A stretch of DNA of 64,000 nt from Camelus dromedarius (GCF_036321535.1 NC_087437.1:37264001-37328000); one strand, 5' to 3'; positions 12,745-26,161 are shown, counted from the first letter of the stretch. A program made the numbers and translations. Notes: generated from the letters alone by a model not told the origin.

Positions 12745-12920
12745 ATATAGCTTTAGAACTTGCTAGCTTTGTTACCTTGGGGAAATCAATTAACTTCACT
12801 GTGCTTCAGTTTCTTCATCTTTAAAAGATTAACCACTTGTGATGTTTATGCGATTGAGAAAACATTTATAAATGTCTTAGAATAATGCCTCTTCAATATA
12901 AAAGTCTGTTAAATAAATAT
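12745..12920 (+). mobile_element. MIR SINE
   Basis: 'cttgctagctttgttaccttggggaaatcaattaacttcactgtgcttcagtttcttcatctttaaaa' MIR core. Confidence 0.75.
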
Positions 12921-12952
12921 TTCAAGTTTGTGATTCAATGTATCTTAGTCAC

Positions 12953-13395
12953 TGTGACAAGTTAATTTTATATGTCAGCTTGACTGGGCCATGGGGTGCC
13001 CAGATATTTGTTTAAACATTATGCTGAATGTTTCTGTGAAGGTGTCTTTGAATGAGTTTAACATTTAAATCAATAGACTGACTAAAGCCAATGGCTCTCC
13101 CTAATGTGGGTGGGCTTCATCTAATCAGTTGAAAGCCTGCATAGAACAGAAGGCTGACGTTCATCTGAATAAGAGGGAACCTCCCCAGTCTGACTACCTT
13201 AGTACTGGAACATGTTTTTTTTTCCCCTGTCTTTGGACTTGAACTGAAAAAAGGGCTCTTCAGGGTCTTAAGCCTACCAGCCTTCAGACTGGATGTAAAC
13301 CATCAGCTTTCCTTGGTTTCCAGCTTGCCAACTGAAGATCTTGGGACTTGGCAGCAGCCTCTATAATTGCATGAGCCAATCCTTATAATAAAACT
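12953..13395 (+). mobile_element. ERVL LTR, MLT2B-like
   Basis: 'tgtgacaagttaattttatatgtcagcttgactgggccatggggtgcccagatattt...ctccctaatgtgggtgggcttcatctaatcagttgaa...catgagccaatccttataataaa'. Confidence 0.9.
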
Positions 13396-14074
13396 TAGAG
13401 AATTCCAAAACATGGGCAAATGTTCATGCTTTAGATTGCACGTTTATTCAAAACAAATGGCGTTTTACATCCAAGAATATTCCTAGCAGAAAGCTGAAAT
13501 CTGATTATTTGAGTTCATGGTATTAAATACACAAAGTGAAGGCAGAGCTCTATGTCTTTTTCATATGCAACTGAGTGGTCACTTTGATGTGAATTATGGA
13601 AAACCCAGCAACACCTTCTCAGGATGGGGTTGAAACAAAGCTTGAAAACTATTACAAAGAAGACATGTAATTTAAGTATAATATCCTTGAAGTAATAGGC
13701 ATGTGGGGATGTTTGCACATTAATGACTACCAAATTGAAAAAAATGCTCCTTATTACCAACTAATTAATAGCAAGTGTAGAATATTATAAACAGATAAAT
13801 CTCATAATTAAGACACACCTGGCTTCAAAACCCATCACCACCACTATGAAGGTGAGTGATTTCAACTTTGTTAATGAACTTCACTGAGACTCATTTTCCA
13901 CCCAAGTAGTTAGACGTAGAATAGAATTGTGATAACTGCTGTTGGTCCTGGAGGAAGGAGTATTACCTGCCTTAGAATTCCAGTTCTGCCACCTAGAAGC
14001 TATTTGTGAAAGATTCTGTCTTCTCAAAATTGTACCTTTCTCATCTGTTTCAAGGATGTGATGGTAGGATTAGC

Positions 14075-14815
14075 CTGTATCAATCTGGATTCAGATGCAA
14101 ATACCGAATCTGTTTTAACTAGGTTGAACAGAAATTATTTATGCTAAAAAGTTTTTAGAGACATTGAAAAGTTTGAATAAACAGACTCTATGCTAGTCTG
14201 AACAAAATGTAATTTACCATTGGGCCACAGTTCCCAAACTCTGGCCAAAGCACCCTGTGGTGCTACTGTGAGGGTAGCCAATTCACAGAGATGCCAAGCA
14301 GTGGTTTAAATTTTTGAGCCAAGCACAGTGATATGTTTTGGACACTGTGGAAACTACTACTATTAAGCTGTTTTGACCTATTTAACAAATGGAATGTAAT
14401 ATATATGTTAAAGATTACACTTATGAACATGGATTTTAGAGTTTAAATTCTGATACCATTTGGGGGGGTGGGACTTACTGAGACACTTAAGGGCACTTTG
14501 AACCAAGAAATTTTGGAAACTTCAGTCATAGGATATTAAACAGCTCACAGAATCATAGGGAAGGGTGAATGGGCTCCATGCTGAGCTTCCAAGAATGTTT
14601 CACAAAGCCACGTTGCATAAATGGGCCAAGCTGCCCATAGTCTACTGAACTACTCACTGCTCCCTCCCAACTGGAAAACTTTCAGTACAGCTGTTGGCCT
14701 CAGAGCCTGTTCACCTTGGCTAAAATCCACCTTGCCTCTTCCCACTTAGTTCTAAATTTAAGTTTCACATGAATGCATCTTATTGGTGGACTCTAAATCA
14801 TATCTAGCTCACACC
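14075..14815 (-). mobile_element. Old MaLR LTR (MLT1M/O-like) interrupted by a hAT MITE
   Basis: 'tgtatcaatctggattcagatgcaa...' then, after the MITE, 'aggatattaaacagctcacagaatc...gcatcttattggtggactctaaatcatat'. Confidence 0.4.
14225..14525. mobile_element. hAT-Charlie non-autonomous element (MITE)
   Basis: Decayed TIRs 'cacagttcccaaact' and 'aattttggaaacttcag'; Charlie-like subterminal 'aagggcactttgaaccaagaaa'. Confidence 0.6.
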
Positions 14816-16424
14816 ATTCAGTCAGGTATGAGAAGAACTTTCTTAGACAAAATTCACCTAGAATGAAACCTTGCCTCTGTATCAGGTAATCTGAAAGTGG
14901 GCAGGATCCCAAGGCATTGGCAGATGGATGCTGAAACTTGGATGATGGCAGAGGGAGACGCACAGATGTGGCTAAAGTAGGGGAGGCTGCCTTGGGGACC
15001 AGGTTCCAGGGCAGAACCCTAGGTCAGAAAATAAAGTCGAATTTAAAAAAAAAAAAAACCTGATAATTGTATAGCAAAGATTCTCCATTACAGAAATATA
15101 AGTGATAAAGTGGTTGTGAAGAATAAGGCAAAAAATGAGAAGTGCACGTCCTTGAAGGCAATAGGGCAGATTTGAGGCTGGGTCTGGAACTGCTCTGATC
15201 TATGGCATCCCTTGCTAGTCATCAGATTGAGCCCTACACCTGTAGGAGAAGGTTAAATGACATCAGTTTAGGATATTGAGAGTCTTGAGGTAAGAGTAGA
15301 GCAAGAAGCCCTGAAATACTTTGCAGCATTTGGCTCTATGACTCATCTCTCTTTTTTTATTTTATTTTTTGAATTTCTAAGCAGGATAAAAGGTAGGATT
15401 TCTGCAGGATTCAGATGACTTTTTATTTGGAAAATATGATGCTTGTAATATTTTCATTTTTAAGGAGAAGATTAAGTTATTACTAGTTCAGTCAAAACTT
15501 CAGATTAATTAAAATTATTCTACTTATGAAGAAACCATAAGCTATTAACATCTCAGAGCATTTTTATATTCTTAAGTCTTTAAGTAGAAGCAATAAGAAT
15601 CCGTGATACTCCAAGGCAGTTTTGCATTGTTTCTAATTTTCCAAAATAGCAATAAAAATTTCCTCCCTTGAAACTGGCTCTAGCTTTACATATTAGACAG
15701 TACATAAAGTAGGGGACAAAAAAATCTTAGAAAGGTGCACTTAACTTCCTCTTAATTAGTAGATAGTTACTAACTAGTATCTACATTTGAAAGACTTTTG
15801 AACAAATCACTTTTTGTCACACAATGAAGCAACGAGCATCTTTTTTTTAACTAAAGTGTATAATTTGATATTTAACTCTTTTATTTCAAAGGGATAACAG
15901 TTCATATATCAAGACTTCCATGGATTCCAGACACTATATAAATTTAGCTAAAGGTTTTCTATGACTATACGCCATGTGAATGAGCATTGGTCAAAGGACC
16001 TGGTTCAAAATTCTAGTCAGTACATTTTTCCCCTAATCTTTGCTGGTGGAGTATGTTTACCCAGAACTCCCTAGTTGTTGAATTTACTCAGCTTTTCCAT
16101 GTTCATAGCATTCACTTTTCTTCCTTTTGTCCATACTTCCTTAACGTGTATCACTGTACAAGCGAGTGAGTAATTGCTAAAGCCACACACATCTGTGACC
16201 TACAGCCTCACTCTCGTCTGATGAAAGTGCAGTTGTATCAGCTCACCAAGGGAAAATATTTTTGTGTTACTTGACAATTAGTATGAGAGCCCTTGTCTGT
16301 TACAAACTCAAGACATATCCCTCCGGGTGTACATGCCTATTTGAGGAAAGAACAAACATAAAATAGACAGCTATTTAAAAAACTCCACCTTGAAGAGTTA
16401 CAACTGAAGCCTTTAACATAAATG

Positions 16425-16770
16425 CCTTGAGCCTTTTTCACTTGCTGTTTCCTCTGTCTGGAATTATCTGTTAGCTTCTTTTCAAGGCCAGTGTCCTTTT
16501 TTTCAGTTACCACTCAAAAATATCCTCTCAGTTAGGCCTTCTCTGAACATCTAATTTATATTATAACGTCTTTGGTGTTTTCTGCAAGCCACTGAAATTA
16601 TCTAATGCTTGCATTTTGTTTTTCATATTTGATTTTCTCTCTCTACAATTCTGATCCACCATAAGAACAAGGATTTGATTTGTTTTATTCACCAGTTTGC
16701 TGACCATTCAGAAAAATGTCTGGCACATAAGAGACACTTTATTATTACTTATTGAATGAATATGAATAAG
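16425..16770 (+). mobile_element. L2 3' region
   Basis: 'cacttgctgtttcctctgtctggaat...aggccttctctgaac...tgtctggcacataag...attgaatgaatatgaat'. Confidence 0.75.
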
Positions 16771-16994
16771 AGTACCATACTTAAACTGTCCTGTTTCCCT
16801 CAAATTGAAAATAATGATAAAGATAATGACTTACCACATGATGGTTGTGAGGTTTTAAGAAGATGTTACACCAAGAAAAAAATGTTAGTTATTATTAATG
16901 AGGCTTGTGGCAGAGAACATTGTGGAAGGACTGTTCTCAGTGCCTACCCCAGAGCAATGACTTCCACATGGTCACTGTTAAACAATGCTTATCA

Positions 16995-17160
16995 ACAGTG
17001 TTTTTCAACGTGCGGGTCTCTATGGACCATGTATCAGAGGCATCTGGGCTACTTTTCTCCCTCTCTGACTTACTCAATCTTTGAAAATAGGATAAGAAAC
17101 TCAGTACTTTTAAATGAGACTTCTGGGCTATTTCTAGGACATTAGAGTTTGAGTACTGTC
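16995..17160. mobile_element. MER5-type hAT-Charlie MITE
   Basis: Termini 'cagtgtttttcaacgtg' and 'agagtttgagtactg'. Confidence 0.65.
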
Positions 17161-19224
17161 TCCTATACCTTGATATCTGGACTAATGACTATTCTAGGAA
17201 TAAAATTATTTTTTAAAGAATTCAACTCTGTCTGATGGAAATAAAAATAACGTCATAAATCATGAGCTTTGAGGCTTGGACCTACCCATGTAACTTGTCT
17301 TTGTTTCCTCTTAGGTGAATATAAAATAGACTTTTAAAAAATGTTGAAATCTGTGAAAATCACTTACTTTGAAACTACTTTTTCTGAAACCTTTTCATTG
17401 CATGTTCTTGCCTCAGGCAGCAAACTCTTTCTCTGTCCAGATCCAGAATGATATTTATCTTCTTTTTAAGGATTTTCCCTATTAAAATAGAATCAAAACA
17501 AAATAAAATCCTCTTGTCAGTCTTTTACACTTGACATTCTAAAAAATACTCTTTAAGAGAAGGGAGCATCCATGAGTGAACACATACATGTATGCCTTTT
17601 ATCTCCAAGAATAAAATAAATAAAAAGTTTTGTGTCACAGAAAAAGAACTGCAGTCACCAACACATTGATAGAGAAATAATTCATTTTGCATGAAGGGCA
17701 GAAATGGGGAGTTCTTATAAAATCAAATCAATACTAATCCTCAGGCAACTGAAATTTAACTGTTTCTGAGAGACTCTGTAGGGGATTTGATTTTGTCAAG
17801 GAAAGGGAAGTGTAGGTAAGGATTAGAGAGCATATGATATAAATGGTGATGTGCTGAAAAGGAGTAACTATTGGTGTTGAAGGATCTGCTTCTTTTTCAC
17901 ATGAATTTTATCCCACAGGTAGAATTTGTGCCACCTTCCTCTCCCCAAAGCTATCAATTTGGACAGAGTTTGGGGAATACATATGCTTTTTTCTTCCCAG
18001 TTTAACAATATTGGAGTACTATAATTCACAACCTATCTAAATTTCACCTTTAGAACACATCTCTAAGCCTCTTTTATTACCATAACCACTCTTGGGGTGG
18101 AAATAGCATTGAAATACATGAACTTTATCAATAAAACTAATTTGAGATGGAGTCTCTACAATGCATTGTTTCTTTGCTACCAGGTGACAAACCCCCTCTG
18201 GCTAAACTATTTGTGTTTTATATGAGTTCAGCACTAATTCTAATTTTTGAGAAAAAATAATCAAACAATATGATTGTTAGTTGCATTAACAGTGATATAC
18301 ATTAACTAATATATACATAAAGTATAAAGAAATATAATTGTGTTCAAGATTTTATTTAATAAGACCTGAGTATGTAGATGTTATACTCTGCAGCTTTGTG
18401 TCACGTGCATCTTTTTATATATCTGACTTGTGATGTATTTGGTGCATGAAATCATGTATATTATTACACAAAAATTAGTAATAACTGATATCTATAATTG
18501 GGACTTTGTAATTTTTAAAGCACTCTGCCACACATTCTTTTACCTAATTATTGTAACACCTGTGCATGTTGAGTAAGAAGATGAATGATTTGCTATCAAG
18601 GGAGTAGAGACTTACAATTTCAAATTCAGGTGTTCCCCCCTCACACGCAACTAACATGGTTCCTAATTGTTGGTTTTGAAATTTCATTTCTTTGGCAACA
18701 TGCGGATTGCTTTTTGCTAATATTTTATTATACAGTTACAAAGAATATTTTGTTTTAGTGTACGATTTTGATTAGGTAAGTTATGTAAGACTTATAAAGC
18801 ACTGGTTTCCTTTTCTATATGATGAAGGGGCTATTTTAATTTTTTGCCTGTGGTGTGTATATATTACAGTTTTAGTTTTTAAAAGATTATTAATCTTTCT
18901 CATTCCCTAAATTGGATATCATCATGGAAGTGTGACTATAAGCTGTGCATTAATAAAATCTCAGTTCTCCTGGTTTTAGAAATTTATTTCTCCATTTTCC
19001 ACATTAAGTTTTAGTTTGTTGCATTCTTTGCCTTTAATTTATGCTGAATCATACTATTAATTGTAGATTTTAGGTTGTATAGTTAATTTTCCTAGTTGAT
19101 ATACATGCCTTTGGAGGATATGCTGAAATAAATGGATTTAGCCAGTTTGTCCTGTAGAAACCCAAAGTCTTTCTCTTATTCTTCCTTGAATCCAAATCAA
19201 TTAGACTTTCATTCCCACTACTTA

Positions 19225-20370
19225 AAAAAAAAATTCCCTTGTCTATGACACCAGTGACTTTCAAATGGCCAAATCCAAGGATCAGCTTTGGTGTCTTGCC
19301 ATTCTTGGTTCTCCCCTTTCCTCACTGGAAGCTCCTTTTTCATCTCCTTTTAGTGGTTTCTCCTCACCTTCCTGAACTTGAAATATTGCAGTTTCTATTT
19401 CCACTCACTCCTTAAGTAATCACATCCCCATACATTTAAAAACAATCAATACACTTACATTTTCTAAATTTTTATTTCCAGCCTAGATCTTGCTCCTGAA
19501 CTTTTGAGTCATACTTCTAAGTACTTATTTCATATTTTCACTTGTAAATCTAACAGGCATATCACATTTAGTGTGTCCAAAATTAAACTCAGGATTCTCA
19601 TCCTAGTAGCAAGCTTCTCCTCCCAGTTTCTCCATCTTCATAAATGGCAATGCTTTCTTCTAATTGCTTTAGATGAATGTTAACCTTCTTTTATTTTATT
19701 AACAGACTTTATTATTCAGTGTAGTTTTAGGTTCAAAGCAAATTGGGCAGAAATTACAAAGATCTTCCATATACACCCTTTCTCCACACACACACCATCT
19801 CCCCTACTACCAACAACCTGCACCAGGGTGGTACATTTGTTATAATTGACAAACTTATTCTGACCCATCATTAGCACTTGAATTCTACTGTTTACACTAG
19901 GAATTACTTTTGGTGTTTTACATTGTGTAAGTCATGACAAATGCTTCTTTTTTATTGTTTTATTAATTTAGTCTTCACAAATTTCTCTTGCTTCTGTATT
20001 CCAAAATACGCAGAGCCTGAAGATTCTTACCACCTACATCATGGATCTCTGGATCACTGAAATAGCTTCTTGTCTAGTCTGCCTTGACCCCACCAACCTG
20101 TGCTCCACAGAGCCCCAGTATAGTACTTTAAAACTCTTTTAATCAATCCACGTTGGTTTCTCTGTCATTCCTTATGCTCTTCCACGTGCTAATTTCTATT
20201 CATCTACATTTGTCTTCCTAGTGTTTCCTGAACACATTAAACATGCACCCAACTCAGAGCCTGTGGCACTTGCTGTCCCCTATGCCTGGACTTCCTTTTT
20301 TCCCCAGTTATCAACAGAGCATAACCCCCAACTTTATTCTTCTTTACGTTTAAATTTTACCTTCTAGAAG
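19225..20370 (+). mobile_element. L2 fragment interrupted by an L1MC 3' end
   Basis: 'ccagtgactttcaaatggccaaatccaagg', 'atttccagcctagatcttgctcctgaact', 'tctaacaggcatatcacatttagtgtgtccaaaa', 'cacttgctgtcccctatgcctgga'. Confidence 0.75.
19693..19945 (-). mobile_element. L1MC1-like 3' end
   Basis: 'gtagttttaggttcaaagcaaattgggcagaaattacaaagatcttccatatac...gtggtacatttgttataattgac...tttacactagg'. Confidence 0.8.
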
Positions 20371-20379
20371 ATGAAATTT

Positions 20380-22270
20380 ATATGGCACTATTCAAGTGAA
20401 GTTTATGACAATCTTTATAGATTCTGTTGTTTTGCCTTTGCAAGGAAGTCCGCTAGGGCTTGTCTCTGATACTCGGGACTGGTCCCTTTAGTGTGAGCCT
20501 CAATTTTGATGATAGATAACATTTTATGTCAAGGCGTAAAATTTCCAGGAATTTCATACAATTTCTGGAACACTTATAATACACACCTATGCAGACACAA
20601 CATAAAGAAGGCTTAATATTACTTCTTATTTGATAAAACTTCCCATATAATTTAACAAATCAAATATATCTAACATCTCTCCTTTTATAAGGAGAGAGAA
20701 CATATCTGAAAGTTAAAGTTAGAAAGACTTTACCTAGAACTTGATTTTGGGGATGTCCATCAATAATAGCAAAAAGATTTTAAAACATTTAGTCAAACAG
20801 GTCACTGTGAAAAATGTTTATTCATCTAACCAAAATAACAGTGAAAAATTTCAAACATAGATGGTTATACAGTTCTAAGTAAAACCCAGCTCTTAGTATT
20901 TTCATCCTGAGAGAACTAGGTTTACATAAGTAATCAGAGACTCAATAGAGACAGCACAGAACAAAAGTGACCACTTTGACAAGACACATGATCTTTTTTT
21001 TTTTCTCTTTCTTCTTTTTAGGAAGACTATTCAAAGGCAAAGAAAAATCCTTTATAATCTTTCACTATCTACAGCAGATCAATAGGGAAAAAATGTCCTT
21101 TTAACAGAGAGAAATCCAAATTCTAATTTTATCAGTTTATTATGTTTTTTAATATTAAAATTAATTTACTTCATTAAACTCATTTTAATCTTATCCAGTC
21201 CTGACCACTTATAAAATTCCTTTCTAAAGATTCTCCCCCAACTATTTTTTTTTACAAAACTTTTTCAACTTTCTGTGTTCATTTTAGTTTGTCCCTTGTT
21301 TTATTTTCCATTTAGAGATAACCAGCTTTAGGAGAAAATCATTCTTTCCCTTAACAAAAGCATCTCCATACCATATACCTTTTCTTATTAGACTTGATTA
21401 GCAATTAATGCTCCAGTATTTTATTTTATTGGAAATGATCTTGACATTCAATGAATTCTCATTATTTAATTTAACTTAGCAAAACTAAGTTTTATCAAAA
21501 GATTTGGAGAAACCACTTTTAGATAGACATACCATAAAACAATTATTTTCAAAGACTTTACCTAAAAACTCTTATCCTATTTTTATCTATTTTGTTACTT
21601 ATAAAAACATTATTATACCAAGTTATTTTTTGTTGTTGACAAATTTTATGAGAGATAACATGAGCTTACTGACTTTCAGTAAATCTAGGTATGATACATT
21701 ATATTTAATGTTAATAATTCTGAAGACATCTGTATGTTAATTAAGCCAACAGACTTAAATTAGCTTTAATACTGAATATTTTCCCACATGCAATATACAC
21801 ATATGGACATATAGATAAATAGATAGAACTAGAGATCTCATAGCTTTTATTTTAAAATTTTAGTCTTGAATCAGGTGCAATATAAAACTTACTAGTTTAT
21901 AAATAACAGTTGGAACAGATTAGATTACTCTCTCAGATGGCTAAAGTCTTTTATCATCTGCAGAAAAGACTTTTAAGATCTGTCTTTGCCCTTGACAAGC
22001 AATTCTAAGGAGGCTGTTTGGGCAAGTCTTTTTAGCAGCTTGTGTGTAAAAAGGCCTCTTTTCCTTTTATTTATTTATTTTTTTAAGGTTCTGCTGATTG
22101 AGCCAAAGCTGCAGTCTCAGGCGATGTGGGCTGCATCTATATTTCAGAAACATGACAAGATTTATAACTTTAAGGGACAGTGAAAAAAAGGGTATTCTCT
22201 TAGGGTATTTAGTAACAAATTTTTTTTAAGTATGGGACAATCTTGTTCTAATATCCTGATCTTTTATAAT
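20380..22270 (-). mobile_element. ERV1 MER4-group internal (non-autonomous) fragment
   Basis: 'aatttcatacaatttctggaacac...aaagaaggcttaatattacttcttatttga...ttcccatataatttaaca' and later AT-rich blocks resemble MER4/MER65/LTR49-type internal sequence; no intact ORF. Confidence 0.65.
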
Positions 22271-22689
22271 ACCTACAATCATTTTGAGAGGCATAGGCAA
22301 AGCCATGGGACAAGTAAACATAGGTGGACCTTCTTTTCTAACTAGTAATATATAAGACTGGCTATTAAATTGGAGGAGGGGCACTTACTTCTGTGGCAGC
22401 ACTGAGTTTCTTTAATATTTATATAGAAAAGATACTACGAAGCCTCCCTGAGGAATGATAAATAGTGAAATGTTTTTAAGCACTGTATTTTAGTAATTAT
22501 ATTTTTCATCTGGAAAATTATGTTCAGCTATTTTACTATCATATCACTATAAATATTTTATAACTTACAAATATATATTGTATATGAATGACACTACAGT
22601 CAATATAACCATTTTAGTCCATGTAATTAACATTTGACAGCATTCACTTCTGTTTCAGAAAAAGAATGTGACATAATATTTGAAAATAT

Positions 22690-22827
22690 GTTTTTATTAT
22701 TATTATTTTATTTTATTTTATTTTATTTATTTTTTGTGGGGAGAGGTTTTTATAGGAGGTACTGGGGATTGAACCCAGGACTTTGTGCATGCTAAGCATG
22801 CGCTCTTCCACTTGAGCTATACCCTTT
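22690..22827 (-). mobile_element. Camelid tRNA-derived SINE (Vic-1 type) with 11-bp TSD TTTGAAAATAT
   Basis: Minus strand reads GGGTATAGCTCAAGTGGAAGAGCGCATGCTTAGCATGCACAAAGTCCTGGGTTCAATCCCCAGTACCTCC (A and B boxes) followed by an (AAAAT)n tail. TSD at 22679-22689 and 22828-22838. Confidence 0.88.
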
Positions 22828-23503
22828 TTTGAAAATATATGATGTGAACATGATAATATATTTGTATATATCTCTAGTTTACGTGGAACTTAGTTTACTC
22901 ATATGTTAAATGGAAAAACAAGCATTGACCAAGAAAAGGAAAAAGAAAACATGCTTCTGCTGAAATTATATTTTTAAAAAATCACAGTTGCAAAATATAT
23001 ATACTGCATAAAAAGCTAGTTCAAAACATTCAGAAAAGGTAATTTACATTCAATTGATAGTATTATTTTTCTTTTAATAATTTGTTTTCTGCTATTAGAC
23101 TGCTTTGTTATGACAATTTATTGATAATTTTATTTATTATATTAAGATTTCCAACTTATTAAATGTTCTTTGCTTTAGTGAAAATCGAAAGTATCTTATT
23201 TATTTTTATTCTTACTCTAGAGCTGACTTTTTAAAACAGTCTTATTTACAAACTACAAATTAATTTTTCTATTTGTGACTACACCAAAGTAGTAAAAGTT
23301 AGACTTTTATGTGATTAAATTATGCAATATTTACTCATAAAATATGTTTTGTAGTGGCAATCACTAGATATTTTTCCACATATCTATGAATACTGTGATT
23401 TTTAAAATCAGTTTCACTTTCTTACTTAGCAAATGCATATAACAGTAAACTCCTTTCATTGTATTTTATAGAAAAATGCATATAATTTCAGTATAAAGAC
23501 TAT

Positions 23504-23635
23504 TGTGAGACAATTTTATATGGATCTCTCACATTTTTGCATGTCTTGTGAACAGAGGCATTGACAGGTTTCATTCTGAACTATCTTCTCAAGGATGTTT
23601 GTACAGAATCTCCATCCAGGGCAGGGGAAGATTTG
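23504..23635 (+). mobile_element. ERVL LTR 5' fragment (LTR47-like)
   Basis: 'tgtgagacaattttatatggatctctcacatttttgcatgtcttgtgaacagaggcattgac...actatcttctcaaggatgtttgta'. Confidence 0.6.
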
Positions 23636-23839
23636 GTGTTTCCTAGGCTTATGTCATAGCTGCATTCTGGTCATCATGCAGTTAGCTTTTCTGTCTGGTG
23701 GCAGTTATAGCATCTGTAAAACAGCTCACGGATGTGTAACAGACACTGAGGCTGTGACTCTACCATCCTAATCATTAACTAACTGCTCAGTTTTGTAGTT
23801 GGACAACTTTGCAGGATTCTTCTCAGTTCTACCATAACA
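23636..23839 (-). mobile_element. ERV1-type LTR fragment
   Basis: 'ctggtcatcatgcagttagcttttctgtctggtggcagttatagcatctgtaaaacagctca' resembles laurasiatherian ERV1 LTRs in reverse; ends ...ataaca. Confidence 0.45.
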
Positions 23840-24304
23840 AAATAATTCAATCTTTTCCCAACATTATATAAACCCACAAGATAGCATGATGAGAGATGAG
23901 TAGAAGAAGGACACTGAGAGCCTCATTCTTCTATAAGCAGACTGTTATGTAATCTGTTTCAGACACCTCATATCCATCCTCAACTATGCTTGGTAACATT
24001 TAAACACAGTCTCTCTTTAGTTTTGCTTCTTCAGGGGGAAAAAAAACTAGTTCTTGGGATGAGTGACAGGCGTTGCTTAGATGTGCAGAGTGAAGGCTAG
24101 TGTCTGAAAATCTTTTCTTTATACAAATGTTCAAAAAGTTCTCTACTTTTTGTGTCTCACACTTCTGCTTCAAGTAATATGCGTTTTCTTCAATTCTAGA
24201 ATTGTTTAACATAAAGTTCACATTTTAAAATTAAATCATTCTAATTCTTTTTGATCCCCATCACATACATAATTATATGAGGGGCCTCAAGTTCAGCTTT
24301 TTCT

Positions 24305-24505
24305 GAATGGGTAATTCAGCGCTCATTTCTCTATTAACTTTCTAGCTTCGAAAATTTTATTGTTATCCTTTCGTCTCCTGTGGTCTCATTCCATTTATCT
24401 CTGTCTTTAGGAATTTAAGTTATTGTATTATTTTCAAGTCTTCTTAGTAGGGCATTAGGTGGGAACAAGGAGTAATGTCTGTGTTGGGATCAACCATGTT
24501 TAACT
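24305..24505 (-). mobile_element. HAL1/L1ME-type 5' end fragment
   Basis: 'ttagtagggcattaggtgggaacaaggagtaatgtctgtgttgggatcaaccatgtttaac' is the reverse of a 'gttaaacatgg' start. Confidence 0.45.
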
Positions 24506-26161
24506 TTATTTCTTTATTTCTTTTTTTCTTTATTTCTTGTCACACTGACAGCTTGTTTCTCACTTAATGTAAAAGTAACACTAAATTTTAAACATTTAAA
24601 ACTAGTACCATTCCATCTTATATCAAAGCATATTGGAAGCAAATGTCATCCGAGCTCGATTGTTTGAAATTCTTTGTTTTAAAATAGAACACACTGAGAC
24701 TTCTGGTTTGGACAAGATGGCCAAGACTTACTTGTTTCTGCTGTTCCTCAACTAATGACAATTGTAAATCTAGGAGATGGTGCAAGAGACAACCAGAGCA
24801 GCACTTGGAAAGATGTTAGGAAGAAAAGCTAGTTTTGAACCCCAAAGGAAGAGTTAGTTTTGGACCCCAGGACCAGAGGGATAGCACAGCGCTAGGGCTT
24901 CCTGAGACTTCTCACCCAGGAAAGAAGACCACCCTAACTCAGCATTTATGGACCCTTCGTCCTAGCAACAGAAAGCAGCCTACTGAGGCAGATTCCTCCT
25001 CACCACAGAGGAGTTCCTCTGGCATCACTGGTGAGGGCGAGCCTGACCCCACTGAGAAGGAGGATTGGTTAGGAGCTCTGCCAGAGATAAGAAGGCAAGG
25101 GGAGGCACTCTCCTTTCCCTTCCCTGCCAGGCCAGAGTATCTTCTAGTAGGTAGAACTAGTAGGAGGGGTAGAGGTTCTCTTGGGAACCAAGCTCACTAA
25201 GCATTTTGTACTCTATCCCAGTGAGACGGAGACTCCTCTCCAAACCACAGACATCTGGCCAAGCTGGAAGAACTGGAAAAGAGACATAGCCACAACAAAC
25301 AGCCTGGACTGAGGCTCCTCCTTGTCCTTATAGGATCTAGATACTTCTTGGTTCAGAGACACTAGGGCAGGGGAAGGAAACCAGTCATGGGTCATACCAC
25401 ACCCTTTCTCACCAAGAGACATCAGACACTTGGTCTGGGGAAACCTCTTCTAGACTCTCAGGCAGCATCCTCAGGAAACAGTTGGAGCCCCACAGCATCA
25501 GAAAAACCTAGCAGACAAACATAACACTACAAAAGCTCTAAAGATTAAACTGCATTTGAATTACAGCCCACAAAAGTATACCAAAATGCATGGGCTAAAC
25601 CTAAATAGGAGATGGCCTATCAATATAAGATATTTATTTTGGATCTGGAGTCTCCTTATATAATCAACAAAATGTCCAGAATACAATAAAAAATAACACA
25701 TGTCATACCAAGAAAATCACAACATGATGAGAAAAGACTGATGCCAACATCAAGCTGAATCTAATGTTGGAATTATCTGATTAGGACCGTAAGTCACTCA
25801 TCATAAAAATGTTTCTATAATCAATTACAAATTATCTTGAAGCAAATGAAAATTACAGAAAATCTCAACAAACAAATAGAAGCTATGAAAAATAACCAAA
25901 AGAAAATTATACAATTAAAAATATAATAACAGAATTAAAAAAAAAATCACTGGATGGACTCATAATAGGGTGGAGATGACAAAGAATAGAATCATTGAAG
26001 AAAAATAGAACTCTTCTAATGTAAACAATAGAGAGAAAATAGACTTAAAAATATGTTGCCTCTGGGCAATGATATTAAAAATGACCCAATATTTCCTGAC
26101 CAATATGACCCTGAGAGAGAAGAGAAAAAGCAAGAGGCTGAAAGAATATTTAAAGAAATAA

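Noticed and set aside
16205..16280. Hammerhead ribozyme (CTGATGA...GAAA)
   Set aside because: Stem II does not close next to the core, and stem I has no partner.
22755..22825. tRNA gene on the minus strand
   Set aside because: The tRNA-like head is followed by an A-rich tail and flanked by a TSD, so it is a SINE.
24835..25200. 121-aa ORF with ordinary amino-acid composition
   Set aside because: It lies in the GC-richer 5'UTR of the old L1 and begins at TTG; the open frame is explained by base composition.
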